Below are positions 19,334 to 28,793 of a stretch of 64,000 nt of DNA, in pieces. The DNA lies in assembly GCA_964484935.1 (NCBI GenBank), contig CAZAFW010000001.1, positions 2,649-66,648 on the forward strand, read 5' to 3'. Position numbers and translations under genes: made by a program. Source of the DNA: an uncultured Peptostreptococcaceae bacterium (lineage in GTDB: Bacteria > Bacillota > Clostridia > Peptostreptococcales > BM714). Within the stretch, counting starts at the first letter, position 1. Each line of letters opens with the position of its first letter. Below the pieces are notes generated by a model. That model was not told where the DNA came from, did no database searches, and saw only the letters and a program-made list of their open reading frames with translations.

Positions 19334-20083
19334 ATGAAATTGCTAATTACAAACGACGATGGAATCAATTCCAAGGCAATGCTGGGTTTAGCCGACTTCA
19401 TGTCGAAACGCGGACACGAAGTAACCCTTGTGGCTCCCGAAGTTGAAATGAGCGCTGTAAGCCATGCAATTACAATGCACGACCCCATTAGAGTCAAAAA
19501 ATTGCTTTCAAAAAATTCGTGCATCTCTTATTCAATAAACGGAACCCCTGCAGATTGCGTAAAAATAGCATTGGAAGTCATAATGGGAAAAAAACCCGAT
19601 TGGATAATTTCTGGAATCAACAAGGGTCTTAACCTCGGTTCCGATATATTTTATTCCGGCACTCTTTCAGCGGCAATGGAAGGGTGGCTTCACGGCATTC
19701 CGTCTTTAGCTCTTTCATCGCCTGTAAATCAAAGTGCAGATTTTGCTTTTATGAATGGGTTTTTCAACAACTACATTTTAGAACCTTTAATTAAAAAAGA
19801 ATGCAAAGGTCTTTTCAACATCAACTTTCCCAATTCTGACAATTTCAGCGAAATAAAGATAACCGAACTCGGTATGCTCAAGTATGTCAATATATACAAT
19901 GAGAGGGTAGATCCAAGGGGAAACACTTACTACTGGCTGTCGGGTGAAATTTCGAATGAAGTAAAAAACAAAATCGCAACAGACGTTTACGCTATAGAAA
20001 ATGGATTTGTTTCCGTTACGCCCATAAACACGGACATGACCGATTACGACATGATTCCGGTTCTGAAAAATTGCTTGCGTTAA
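19334..20083 (+). CDS. surE: 5'/3'-nucleotidase SurE
   Basis: The MKLLITNDDGINSKA N-terminus is diagnostic. Confidence 0.9.
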   Translation: MKLLITNDDGINSKAMLGLADFMSKRGHEVTLVAPEVEMSAVSHAITMHDPIRVKKLLSKNSCISYSINGTPADCVKIALEVIMGKKPDWIISGINKGLNLGSDIFYSGTLSAAMEGWLHGIPSLALSSPVNQSADFAFMNGFFNNYILEPLIKKECKGLFNINFPNSDNFSEIKITELGMLKYVNIYNERVDPRGNTYYWLSGEISNEVKNKIATDVYAIENGFVSVTPINTDMTDYDMIPVLKNCLR

Positions 20084-20088
20084 TTTCT

Positions 20089-20130
20089 TTGGATAACTGC
20101 TTACATGTATACTTGTAATTTGTTATCCAA
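20089..20130. repeat. Nested inverted repeat just after surE; either the surE terminator or an operator for the kor promoter region
   Basis: TTGGATAAC (20089-20097) pairs with GTTATCCAA (20122-20130). An inner TTACA/TGTAA pair lies at 20101-20118. Confidence 0.5.
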
Positions 20131-20237
20131 TATTATTTGCATACAATTGCAAGATTTTATTCATTATAAGTAATATAATCGCATTTATGAAATATTTATT
20201 GCATACATCATTTATGTTTGTTATATTTTATATATAG

Positions 20238-20474
20238 ATGAATCGAAAGGAGCTAAGCGACTTGAAAAAAGATAAAACGAAATTAAAACTCAAAATCAAG
20301 AAAGAATGGTGCAAAGGTTGCGGCATTTGTGCGGCATTTTGTCCCAAGAATGTACTTGAAGTCCAAAATGGCAAAATAGCGATTGTTAACGATGAATGTA
20401 TAAAATGTGGACTTTGCGAACAAAGATGTCCAGATTTTGCCATATACTTGGAAGGAGAAGATACTGATGAATAA
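20238..20474 (+). CDS. korD: 2x[4Fe-4S] ferredoxin subunit of 2-oxoacid:ferredoxin oxidoreductase (delta)
   Basis: CKGCGICAAFCP and CIKCGLCEQRCP cluster motifs. First gene of a four-gene OFOR operon. Confidence 0.75.
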   Translation: MNRKELSDLKKDKTKLKLKIKKEWCKGCGICAAFCPKNVLEVQNGKIAIVNDECIKCGLCEQRCPDFAIYLEGEDTDE

Positions 20475-21603
20475 TAATTTCAAACTTATGCAGGGAAATG
20501 AAGCTTGCATTGAAGGCGCCCTTTACGCCGGAATGCGTTTTTATTCAGGATATCCCATAACGCCTTCAACGGAGCTGATGGAAAAATCCGCTGTGAGATT
20601 ACCTTTGATGGGCGGCAAATTCATACAGATGGAAGACGAAATAGGCGGAATAGCGGCAGCTATCGGCGCTTCGCTCACAGGTCTCAAATCTATGACAGGA
20701 ACTAGCGGACCCGGTTTTTCATTAAAACAGGAAAATATAGGATATGCGGCTATTACGGAAGTTCCGCTGGTAGTTGTAAACATACAAAGGGGCGGCCCTA
20801 GCACAGGACTGCCGACTTCGCCGGCTCAGGGAGACGTAATGCAGGCAATGTGGGGAACACACGGCGACCATCCTGTGATAGCCCTAAGCCCGTCTTCTGT
20901 AAGGGAAATGTTTGAACTCACCGTCAGAGCTTTCAATTTGGCTGAAAAATACAGAACTCCAGTCATACTCCTGGCAGACGAAATAGTCGGACACATGAGG
21001 GAGAAAATAGTTATGCCGGAAGTCGGCGAACTAGAAGTGCTTGACCGTAAAGAACCGGCTTCAAACCAGGAAAACTATTTGCCCTACGCTGTTGAAGAAG
21101 GGTCTTATGTGCCTGAAATAGCATCATTTGGAAAGGGATACAGATTTCATGTAACAGGATTGATGCATGACGAAACAGGTTTCCCAAGCAACAATACTGA
21201 AAATGCCGGGAAATTGCTTGACCGCCTGATGGCAAAAATCAGCGAAAACAAGGGCGACATCATTGATTTTGAGGAATATATGACCGAAGATGCCGATATT
21301 ATAATACTTGGTTACGGCGGTACTGCAAGATCAGTAAAGAACTCTGTGAAAGACCTTAGGCGACAAGGCATAAAAGCCGGAATGTTCAGACCCAAAACAA
21401 TTTGGCCTTTCCCTGAAAAAAGGGTCAAAGAATTGAGCAAGAAGGCAAAGGCCATACTCGTTGCCGAATTGAATTTGGGCCAGTATGTGCTCGAAGTTGA
21501 AAGAGTGGTCAAAAACAACTGCAAACTTGGATTTGTTGGAAAAGCCAACGGAGAAGTCCTTATGCCTGATGAAATAACAGCAAAAGCAAAGGAGGTCCTC
21601 TAA
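20467..21603 (+). CDS. korA: 2-oxoacid:ferredoxin oxidoreductase alpha subunit
   Basis: MQGNEACIEGALYAG...YPITPSTE is the OFOR alpha N-terminus. Start refined to the ATG at 20467, which overlaps the korD stop. Confidence 0.85.
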   Translation: MNNNFKLMQGNEACIEGALYAGMRFYSGYPITPSTELMEKSAVRLPLMGGKFIQMEDEIGGIAAAIGASLTGLKSMTGTSGPGFSLKQENIGYAAITEVPLVVVNIQRGGPSTGLPTSPAQGDVMQAMWGTHGDHPVIALSPSSVREMFELTVRAFNLAEKYRTPVILLADEIVGHMREKIVMPEVGELEVLDRKEPASNQENYLPYAVEEGSYVPEIASFGKGYRFHVTGLMHDETGFPSNNTENAGKLLDRLMAKISENKGDIIDFEEYMTEDADIIILGYGGTARSVKNSVKDLRRQGIKAGMFRPKTIWPFPEKRVKELSKKAKAILVAELNLGQYVLEVERVVKNNCKLGFVGKANGEVLMPDEITAKAKEVL

Positions 21604-21605
21604 TC

Positions 21606-22433
21606 ATGGCAAGTGCATTGATTGAAAAATATATGCGTTCGGATAAATTTCCACATATGTGGTGTCCAGGGTGCGGACATGGAATTATTATGAGATCCAT
21701 AATAGAAGCAATTGACAGATTGGGATTTGAAAAGGACAAAGTGTGTGTAGTTTCAGGAATCGGATGCTCATCGAGAGCACCTGGATACATGGATTTCAAC
21801 ACGCTTCATACAACTCACGGGAGGGCTTTGCCTTTTGCCACAGGAATCAAGCTTGCCAACCCCGACCTTCATGTAATTGTAGTTTCGGGCGACGGAGACT
21901 CGTCGGCCATTGGTGGAAATCATCTTATTCATGCTGCAAGAAGAAACATCGACATTACTACTATTGTATTCAACAACAACATATACGGAATGACAGGCGG
22001 TCAATATTCCCCTACAACACCCACAAATTATTTTGGGACTACAGCTCCTTACGGAAACATTGACAGAAGCTTTGACATAGCACAGCTTGCAGGGGCCGCC
22101 GGTGCCACATATACTGCACGATCCACTGTATTCCACGTTCCCCAACTTACAAATTATATCGAAAAAGCATTGAATAAAAAAGGGTTCTCTTTGGTTGAAG
22201 CCATTTCGACGTGTCCTACTAGTTTTGGACGAAGAAACAAAAAAGGCGATGCGGTTGATATGATAAAATGGCTCAGAGATTCTGCAGTGACGACAACAAA
22301 AGCTTCAAAAATGTCTGCTGATGAAATGGATGGGAAATTTACTATCGGTGAATTCATAGACACTGAAGCTCCTGAATATGTTGAACAATATGATAAGTTG
22401 ATTGAAAGACTTAAAGGAGAGGATGACGAATGA
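21606..22433 (+). CDS. korB: 2-oxoacid:ferredoxin oxidoreductase beta (TPP-binding) subunit
   Basis: WCPGCGHG and GDGD...GGNH TPP-binding motifs. Confidence 0.85.
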   Translation: MASALIEKYMRSDKFPHMWCPGCGHGIIMRSIIEAIDRLGFEKDKVCVVSGIGCSSRAPGYMDFNTLHTTHGRALPFATGIKLANPDLHVIVVSGDGDSSAIGGNHLIHAARRNIDITTIVFNNNIYGMTGGQYSPTTPTNYFGTTAPYGNIDRSFDIAQLAGAAGATYTARSTVFHVPQLTNYIEKALNKKGFSLVEAISTCPTSFGRRNKKGDAVDMIKWLRDSAVTTTKASKMSADEMDGKFTIGEFIDTEAPEYVEQYDKLIERLKGEDDE

Positions 22434-22966
22434 TGGCTCAAAAAGAAATCCGGTTGACCGGCTCTGGTGGACAAGGACTAATATTAGCTGGTATAATACT
22501 GGCAGAAGCTGCTTTGCTTCAGGGAGACAATGCCGTTCAGTCACAATCTTACGGTCCGGAAGCAAGAGGCGGGGCCAGCAAGTCAGAAGTTATTATCAGC
22601 AAAGAGGATATAGATTTTCCTAAAGTCAACAAAGCCGATATTTTACTTTCACTTACACAAATTGCCTACGACAAGTACAAGAAGTCCACAAAAGAATCAG
22701 CTACTGTAATTGTGGACTCTTCAATCAACATAGACAAAACGTTGAAAGTGGAAAAAATAATTAAAATCCCCATAATTGAAACAGCATCAAACAAAGTCGG
22801 AAAATCAATTGTTTCAAACATAGTAGCTTTGGGAGCCATTCAGGAAGCAACTCATATTGTAGATCAGGATTTTCTTGAAAAAGCTGTTCTGAACAGGGTT
22901 CCCGCAAAATTCAAAGACTTGAATCGCAAAGCATTGTCTGAAGGGTTCAATCTTATAAAAGAGTGA
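22430..22966 (+). CDS. korC: 2-oxoacid:ferredoxin oxidoreductase gamma subunit
   Basis: GSGGQGLILAGIILAEAA...SYGPEARGG is typical of the gamma subunit. ATGA overlap with korB. Confidence 0.85.
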   Translation: MMAQKEIRLTGSGGQGLILAGIILAEAALLQGDNAVQSQSYGPEARGGASKSEVIISKEDIDFPKVNKADILLSLTQIAYDKYKKSTKESATVIVDSSINIDKTLKVEKIIKIPIIETASNKVGKSIVSNIVALGAIQEATHIVDQDFLEKAVLNRVPAKFKDLNRKALSEGFNLIKE

Positions 22967-22970
22967 TGTC

Positions 22971-23834
22971 ATGAACGAAGAAAAACGGGACATATTTAAA
23001 ATCATCAATAGAAGATATGAGCATTTCAGCAAAAGCCAAAAACTGATTGCGGATTACATAATTGAAAATTATGACAAAGCCGCTTTCATGACCGCTTCAA
23101 AACTCGGGGAACACGTCGGAATAAGCGAATCCACAATAGTGAGATTTGCTGACGCCTTGAACTTCAAGGGGTATCCCGAATTGCAGAAGGCTCTGCAGGA
23201 ACTCATAAAAACAAAACTGACAACAGTGCAGCGATTCGAACTTACAAATAAATACAGCAATGAAATGGATACCGTAAAGAAAGTCATGGATTCTGATATA
23301 CAAAACATACGTAAAACAATGGAAGATCTGGACAAGGATGTTCTTGAAAAAGTCGCAAATGAAATACTTAACGCAAAAAGGGTATATATCCTTGGACTCA
23401 GAAGTTCCTCAGTATTGGCGGAATACTTAGGCTTTTACCTCAATTTCATTTTGAAGGACGTCCATGTTGTAAAAGCCCAGTACAATGATGTTTATGAACA
23501 ACTCATAAACATAAACAGCGAAGATGTAGTAATAGCTTTAAGCTTTCCAAGGTATTCCAGAAAAACCTATGAATCGGTAAAATTGTTAAGACGCCAGGGC
23601 TGCAAGATAATTTCAATCACCGACAGTCAATTTTCACCATTGGCGTCAATTTCCGAAATGACTCTGTACGCGAAAAACAATGTCACATCTTTTGTCGACT
23701 CGCTTGTGGCGCCCATGAGTCTAATAAATTTATTGATTGTATCAATAAGCCTGCAGGAAAAAGAGCTCTTGACCGAAACATTCCGTAAACTGGAAAGTGT
23801 TTGGGACGAGTTCAATATATACAGCAAAACATAA
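22971..23834 (+). CDS. MurR/RpiR family transcriptional regulator (HTH plus SIS domain)
   Basis: FSKSQKLIADYIIENYDKAAFMTASKLGEHVGISESTIVRFA HTH_6 domain followed by a SIS domain. Confidence 0.85.
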   Translation: MNEEKRDIFKIINRRYEHFSKSQKLIADYIIENYDKAAFMTASKLGEHVGISESTIVRFADALNFKGYPELQKALQELIKTKLTTVQRFELTNKYSNEMDTVKKVMDSDIQNIRKTMEDLDKDVLEKVANEILNAKRVYILGLRSSSVLAEYLGFYLNFILKDVHVVKAQYNDVYEQLININSEDVVIALSFPRYSRKTYESVKLLRRQGCKIISITDSQFSPLASISEMTLYAKNNVTSFVDSLVAPMSLINLLIVSISLQEKELLTETFRKLESVWDEFNIYSKT

Positions 23835-23845
23835 ACAAGAAACTC

Positions 23846-23872
23846 AACTACCCAACAGGGTAGTTATTTTCT
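23846..23872 (+). terminator. Rho-independent terminator after the rpiR-family gene
   Basis: AACTACCC-AACA-GGGTAGTT followed by ATTTTCTTG. Confidence 0.7.
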
Positions 23873-23900
23873 TGTTTACAATCCTCAAATACGGTATAAT
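23872..23900 (+). promoter_or_regulatory. Candidate sigma-A promoter for cmk
   Basis: TTGTTT (23872-23877), 17-nt spacer, TATAAT (23895-23900). Confidence 0.5.
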
Positions 23901-23931
23901 GCAATATGAATAAAGTTTATAGGAGCGATTC

Positions 23932-24609
23932 ATGAATGCAAAATGCATTGCTATAGATGGACCGGCGGGATCCGGTAAAAGCACAATTGCAAAAGAAATA
24001 GCGAAATTGCTTAATTGGACATATTTAGACACTGGAGCGATGTATCGCGCCATAACATTGAAAATAATGTCCGAGGGAATTCCTTTTGAAGACACAAAGG
24101 GAATTGAGTCCATGCTCGAAAACACAAGTCTTGATTTCAAAAAATCGAAATTGTTTCTTGACGGAAAAGACGTATCCACTGAAATAAGGAGCGAAATTAT
24201 TGACGAAAATGTTTCGGCAATATCCCAAATCAAAGAAATCCGTTCAAAACTTGTGCAGCTTCAACGTGAATATGCAGCTTTACATTCTGTTGTAATGGAT
24301 GGCAGGGATATTGGCACAGTTGTCTTTCCAGACGCCGAATTCAAATTTTTCTTAACAGCTTCGCCGGAAGTCAGAGCTAAAAGAAGACACCAACAATTGC
24401 TCGAAAAAGGTATCTTCATCCCTCTAAAGAAAATATTAAGCGAAATTGTTGAACGAGACCATAAGGATTCAACGCGCCAAATAAGTCCATTGAAAATGGC
24501 CCGGGACGCATATTTGATAGATACCGACAAGCTTGACAAAGAACAAGTTTTGAAGGCAATAATGGCTCATCTTAACAAGCCCGTTCCTGATGATTGGGAG
24601 GGTTTCTAA
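23932..24609 (+). CDS. cmk: Cytidylate kinase
   Basis: IAIDGPAGSGKSTIAKEIA...LDTGAMYRA. Confidence 0.9.
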   Translation: MNAKCIAIDGPAGSGKSTIAKEIAKLLNWTYLDTGAMYRAITLKIMSEGIPFEDTKGIESMLENTSLDFKKSKLFLDGKDVSTEIRSEIIDENVSAISQIKEIRSKLVQLQREYAALHSVVMDGRDIGTVVFPDAEFKFFLTASPEVRAKRRHQQLLEKGIFIPLKKILSEIVERDHKDSTRQISPLKMARDAYLIDTDKLDKEQVLKAIMAHLNKPVPDDWEGF

Positions 24610-25224
24610 ATGGATTTTTTGCAATTTGCTAAAATATTTGTTAAATTTATATTCGGGATTTTTTATAAAATAGACATAAATGGATATGAAAACATACCTG
24701 TTTCAAACAGTGGCTACATTTTATGCTCAAATCATTCATATTGGTTCGACCCCCTTCTTATTGGAAGCCATTATCCCGAAACTCTTCATTTCATGGCAAA
24801 AAAGGAATTGTTCGAATCGCCTATAATCGGTTTTTTTGCAAGAAAACTAAAAGCTTTTCCAGTCGATCGCAAAAGCAACGACTTAAAAGCTATAAAGACA
24901 GCAGTAAAGATTCTCAAAGAAGATAAAATTTTAGGCATTTTCCCAGAGGGCACACGAAATCTGTCCGGAAAGCCAGTAGCAAAAGCAGGAGTTGCCATTA
25001 TTGCAATAAAGGCAAGAAGAAACGTACTTCCTGTTGCCATATCATCCGATAAGCAGTACAGGATTTTTTCGAGAATCAACATTACAATAGGTGAAATTAT
25101 CGATTTAGAAGAATATTATTCTGCAAGAAGAATTACAAAAGAAACTTATCAATCCATAAGTGACGATATAATTAAGCGCATATACAATTTAAAGAATCCA
25201 ACTATTAATACAAGCAACAGATAA
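24610..25224 (+). CDS. plsC: 1-acyl-sn-glycerol-3-phosphate acyltransferase
   Basis: NHSYWFDP (HX4D) and FPEGTR motifs. Confidence 0.8.
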   Translation: MDFLQFAKIFVKFIFGIFYKIDINGYENIPVSNSGYILCSNHSYWFDPLLIGSHYPETLHFMAKKELFESPIIGFFARKLKAFPVDRKSNDLKAIKTAVKILKEDKILGIFPEGTRNLSGKPVAKAGVAIIAIKARRNVLPVAISSDKQYRIFSRINITIGEIIDLEEYYSARRITKETYQSISDDIIKRIYNLKNPTINTSNR

Positions 25225-25238
25225 AGAACGGAGAAAAT

Positions 25239-27284
25239 ATGGAAATAATCATCTCGGAAAATTCCGGGTTCTGTTTTGGGGTAAAGCGTGCAATGGATAA
25301 AACTCTTGAACTGGCCAATTCAAATAAAAAAAAGATCTATACATTCGGTCCTCTGATCCACAACAATCAGGTGATTGAGTATCTCGAGGGCCTTAACGTA
25401 TTTTCTTCAGGGTCCATGGAAGAAATAGGCGAAGGGCCAATGATTATAAGGTCCCATGGAGTTCCTTTGGCTGATTATAAAAAAGCAAAGGAACTAGACA
25501 TAGAAATAATCGATGCAACTTGCCCGTACGTACGAAAGGTTCAGGCAATAGCTAAAGCCGAATTCGAAAAGGGACGGCAGGTCGTCATTCTTGGAAACAG
25601 CAGCCATCCTGAAGTAATCGGAATCAACGGATGGTGCAATAACAGCGCAATTGTAATTAATGATGAATCAGACATTGATTCAATCTCAAATTATGATAGA
25701 ATAAGCATAGTTGCGCAAACCACATTCGATATCGGTTTATGGAATCGACTAACTGGTATTATTAAAGGTCTTACAATCGACGCAGAGCTTTTCAATACAA
25801 TTTGTTCAGCAACAAGGGACAGACAGAAGGCATGTGTTGAATTGTCGAAAATCGCCGATACAATGCTTGTTGTCGGTGGTTGCCACAGTTCAAATACCCA
25901 AAAATTGTTTGAACTCAGCAAAAAATACTGTTCACAAAGCCATCATATAGAAACTGCTGAACAGTTGGACCCAAAATGGATTGAAAATGCCGGCACCATA
26001 GGCATTTCTGCAGGTGCTTCAACTCCGGATTGGATCATTAACAATGTTGTTAAAAAAATTAAAATAAAGGTAGGTAGGCAAACTATGGAAAATGAAAACA
26101 TGATGAATGAGATGCTTGAGGAGATCGAAAAGTCTCTGAGAGTACCGAGGAGGGGTGAGATACTAAAGGCTAAAGTTGTACAAATTTCAGATGATGAAGT
26201 TGTAGTCAATATAGGCTATAAATCTGATGGTATTATCCCGAAAAAAGAATTAACCTCTGAAGAGGGGGTTAATCTTAAAGATATACTAAATGAAGACGAT
26301 GAAATCGAAGTCATGGTAATGAAATCAGACGACGGAGAAGGCAATGTACTGCTCTCAAGAAAAAGAGTTGATGCTCTCAAGCAATGGGATGACCTTAAAG
26401 TCTTCATCGATGAAGACAAACCCGTAACCGTATCTACAAAAGAAGTAGTAAAGGGTGGCATAATCGCCTATTTTGGGGATATCAGGGGATTCATTCCGGC
26501 TTCTCATCTATCTCTCAACTATGTAAGCAATCTCAGTGCATTTGTAGATGAAGAACTGGAAGTTAAAATCATCGAATTCAACAAGGAAAAAAGAAATGTT
26601 GTATTTTCACACAAGGAAGTGCTCGAGCAAGGAAGAAAGAAAGAACTCGAAGCGCTTTGGTCCGAACTGGAAGTTGGTCAAAAGCTACAAGGTAAAGTCA
26701 AGAGACTTGCCAAATTCGGTGCTTTCGTCGATATCGGCGGAGTGGATGGACTGGTTCATATTTCAGAACTTTCCTGGGGACGCATCAAGAACCCCGGTGA
26801 GCTCTTAAAAGTCGGAGACGACATCGAAGTCTTAATTATCGGACTTGACAAAGAAAACAACAAAATTTCTCTAAGCTTGAAACAAATTCTTCCGGATCCT
26901 TGGTCATTGGTGAATACAAAATACAACACCGGGGATGTAATAAGCGGAAGAGTGGTCAACTTAACTGATTTCGGAGCATTTGTAGAAATCGAACCCGGGC
27001 TTGAAGGACTTGTCCATATTTCGCAGATTTCCAAAGAACATGTCAAAACAACTTCAGACGCTTTGAAGGTTAATGAAGAAGTCGAAGTCAAGATACTTGG
27101 CATCGACAAGGAAAAGCAACGCATAAGCCTTTCTATAAAGGATGCTAATGAAGAAGATGTTGTAGAGGAAGAACCTTCTAAGGAATCCGAAGAAGAAGAA
27201 TCAGACAGCATGGAAATCCCTGAAAGTGTAAAAGAAGAAACAATCACAATCAAGGACATGCTTGAATCCAAGCAAAATCAATAA
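25239..27284 (+). CDS. ispH: Bifunctional IspH (HMBPP reductase) / ribosomal protein S1 fusion
   Basis: The N-terminal ~280 aa is LytB/IspH (GFCFGV, ATCPYV, NTICSAT, ASTPDW). The rest is four S1 repeats (G.V..I..FGAFV-type) and an acidic tail. Single uninterrupted 681-codon ORF. Confidence 0.9.
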   Translation: MEIIISENSGFCFGVKRAMDKTLELANSNKKKIYTFGPLIHNNQVIEYLEGLNVFSSGSMEEIGEGPMIIRSHGVPLADYKKAKELDIEIIDATCPYVRKVQAIAKAEFEKGRQVVILGNSSHPEVIGINGWCNNSAIVINDESDIDSISNYDRISIVAQTTFDIGLWNRLTGIIKGLTIDAELFNTICSATRDRQKACVELSKIADTMLVVGGCHSSNTQKLFELSKKYCSQSHHIETAEQLDPKWIENAGTIGISAGASTPDWIINNVVKKIKIKVGRQTMENENMMNEMLEEIEKSLRVPRRGEILKAKVVQISDDEVVVNIGYKSDGIIPKKELTSEEGVNLKDILNEDDEIEVMVMKSDDGEGNVLLSRKRVDALKQWDDLKVFIDEDKPVTVSTKEVVKGGIIAYFGDIRGFIPASHLSLNYVSNLSAFVDEELEVKIIEFNKEKRNVVFSHKEVLEQGRKKELEALWSELEVGQKLQGKVKRLAKFGAFVDIGGVDGLVHISELSWGRIKNPGELLKVGDDIEVLIIGLDKENNKISLSLKQILPDPWSLVNTKYNTGDVISGRVVNLTDFGAFVEIEPGLEGLVHISQISKEHVKTTSDALKVNEEVEVKILGIDKEKQRISLSIKDANEEDVVEEEPSKESEEEESDSMEIPESVKEETITIKDMLESKQNQ

Positions 27285-27313
27285 TTTAAGCGTTTGATTC
27301 AATTCAACAAACA

Positions 27314-27346
27314 AAAAGTGGAAATTCCGTTGGAATTTCCACTTTT
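27314..27346. terminator. Bidirectional terminator between the convergent ispH-rpsA and aminotransferase genes
   Basis: 15-bp stem AAAAGTGGAAATTCC / GGAATTTCCACTTTT with A-tracts and T-tracts on both sides. Confidence 0.8.
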
Positions 27347-27377
27347 CTTGTTTGAAATACTTTTTGATTCTAACCGG

Positions 27378-28571
27378 TTATTTTTTGTCGGGATAAGCTT
27401 CCAATCCCAATTTCAATATGTTCATGGCTTTTTTCAATGATTCCTGGTTGAGGACATAAGCCATTCTTATTTCGTCTACTCCAAGGCCCGGGGTAGCATA
27501 AAATCCTTCAGCAGGAGCAAACATTACAGTCTCTCCATCTACATCAAATTCTTCAAGCATCCATATTACAAATTTCTCTGCATTCTTGACAGGCAATTTT
27601 GCCATTATATAGAACGCTCCGTGGGGAAGTTCACAAACAACTCCGGGCATTTCTTGAAGTGCTCCATAGACAATGTCCCTTCTTTGTTTATATTCTTCTT
27701 TTGTTTTTTCAAAATATTCCTTTGGAACCTTTGCAAGCGCTGCTGCTCCAAGCTGCTCGATTGTCGGAACGCAAAGTCTTCCTTGGCAAAGTTTCAGTAC
27801 CTGTGCAATTAAATCCTTGTTTTTTGAAGCAATTGAACCTATTCTAGCTCCACATGCGGAGTAGCGCTTTGATATACTGTCGATGATTATAACCCTGTCT
27901 GAAATGTCGTCAAACTGCGCAAAACTCATGTATGGGAAGTCGTCAAATATGTATTCTCTATATACTTCATCTGCAATGATGTACAAATTATTTTCCTTGG
28001 CCAAGTTTCGAACTATATTTAATTGTTCTTTCGAGTATACTGCGCCAGTAGGATTTCCGGGATTAGAAAGAAGTATTCCCTTGGTTTTTTCAGTGATTAA
28101 TTTTTTGATTTCTTCTTTAGAAGGAAGGTCGAATCCATTTTCGGCTTTTGTAGTTATAGGAACCACATTTACTCCAGTAACATTTCCAAAGCCATTGTAG
28201 TTAGTGTAAAATGGTTCCGGTACAAGAACTTCATCTCCGTTGTCGCAAATAGCAAGCATTGCAAAAACCAAAGCCTCGCTGCCACCATTTGTAACCAGTA
28301 TGTCTGCAGGATCAAAGTCGATTCCATAACTCTTATAGTATTCGCTGAAGCTCTCTAGCAATTCAGGACTGCCTTGTGAAAAACTGTAAGCTAAAACTTC
28401 CTTGTCGAAATTTTTTAAAGCATCAAAAAAAACTTCAGGTGTTTTTACATCCGGTTGCCCGATGTTTAAGTGATAAACCTTTTTGCCTCTTTTTTTTGCA
28501 GCCTCTGCAATTGGCACCAATTTCCTTATCGGAGATTGTTGCATATCTGTGATTCTTCCTGAAAATTTCAT
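27378..28571 (-). CDS. Class I/II PLP-dependent aminotransferase (aspartate/aromatic type)
   Basis: 397 aa. SPIRKL...NIGQPD N-terminus, SNPGNPTG, and SKRYSACGARIG (PLP lysine region). Confidence 0.85.
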   Translation of the reverse strand: MKFSGRITDMQQSPIRKLVPIAEAAKKRGKKVYHLNIGQPDVKTPEVFFDALKNFDKEVLAYSFSQGSPELLESFSEYYKSYGIDFDPADILVTNGGSEALVFAMLAICDNGDEVLVPEPFYTNYNGFGNVTGVNVVPITTKAENGFDLPSKEEIKKLITEKTKGILLSNPGNPTGAVYSKEQLNIVRNLAKENNLYIIADEVYREYIFDDFPYMSFAQFDDISDRVIIIDSISKRYSACGARIGSIASKNKDLIAQVLKLCQGRLCVPTIEQLGAAALAKVPKEYFEKTKEEYKQRRDIVYGALQEMPGVVCELPHGAFYIMAKLPVKNAEKFVIWMLEEFDVDGETVMFAPAEGFYATPGLGVDEIRMAYVLNQESLKKAMNILKLGLEAYPDKK

Positions 28572-28704
28572 TTCTCTACCCCCTATTAATGTTTGAAATA
28601 ATATGTCAACCAGCTTAATAATATCATAAATCCGGACTCAATTTAACAATTTTTCTTTATTAATACCATAATATTGCAGTAATTTCGTTATGGCTTCCAA
28701 CTGT

Positions 28705-28732
28705 TTGAATTTGTCGTTATAATTGATATAAT
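28705..28732 (+). promoter_or_regulatory. Candidate promoter for miaB
   Basis: TTGAAT (28705-28710), 16-nt spacer, extended -10 TGATATAAT (28724-28732). Confidence 0.5.
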
Positions 28733-28793
28733 GATATGAGATGCGTCCTCAGGGATCGTATCACTATTTATTTTAGCAGGGAGTGGAAAACAT

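Noticed and set aside
26756-27271. 171-aa serine-rich - strand ORF opposite the S1 repeats. Similar antisense ORFs occur at 17194-17604, 21768-22145, 44368-44787, 52524-52919 and 58196-58723.
   Set aside because: All lie entirely within well-supported genes on the other strand. They lack ribosome-binding sites and have low-complexity composition, so they are shadow ORFs.
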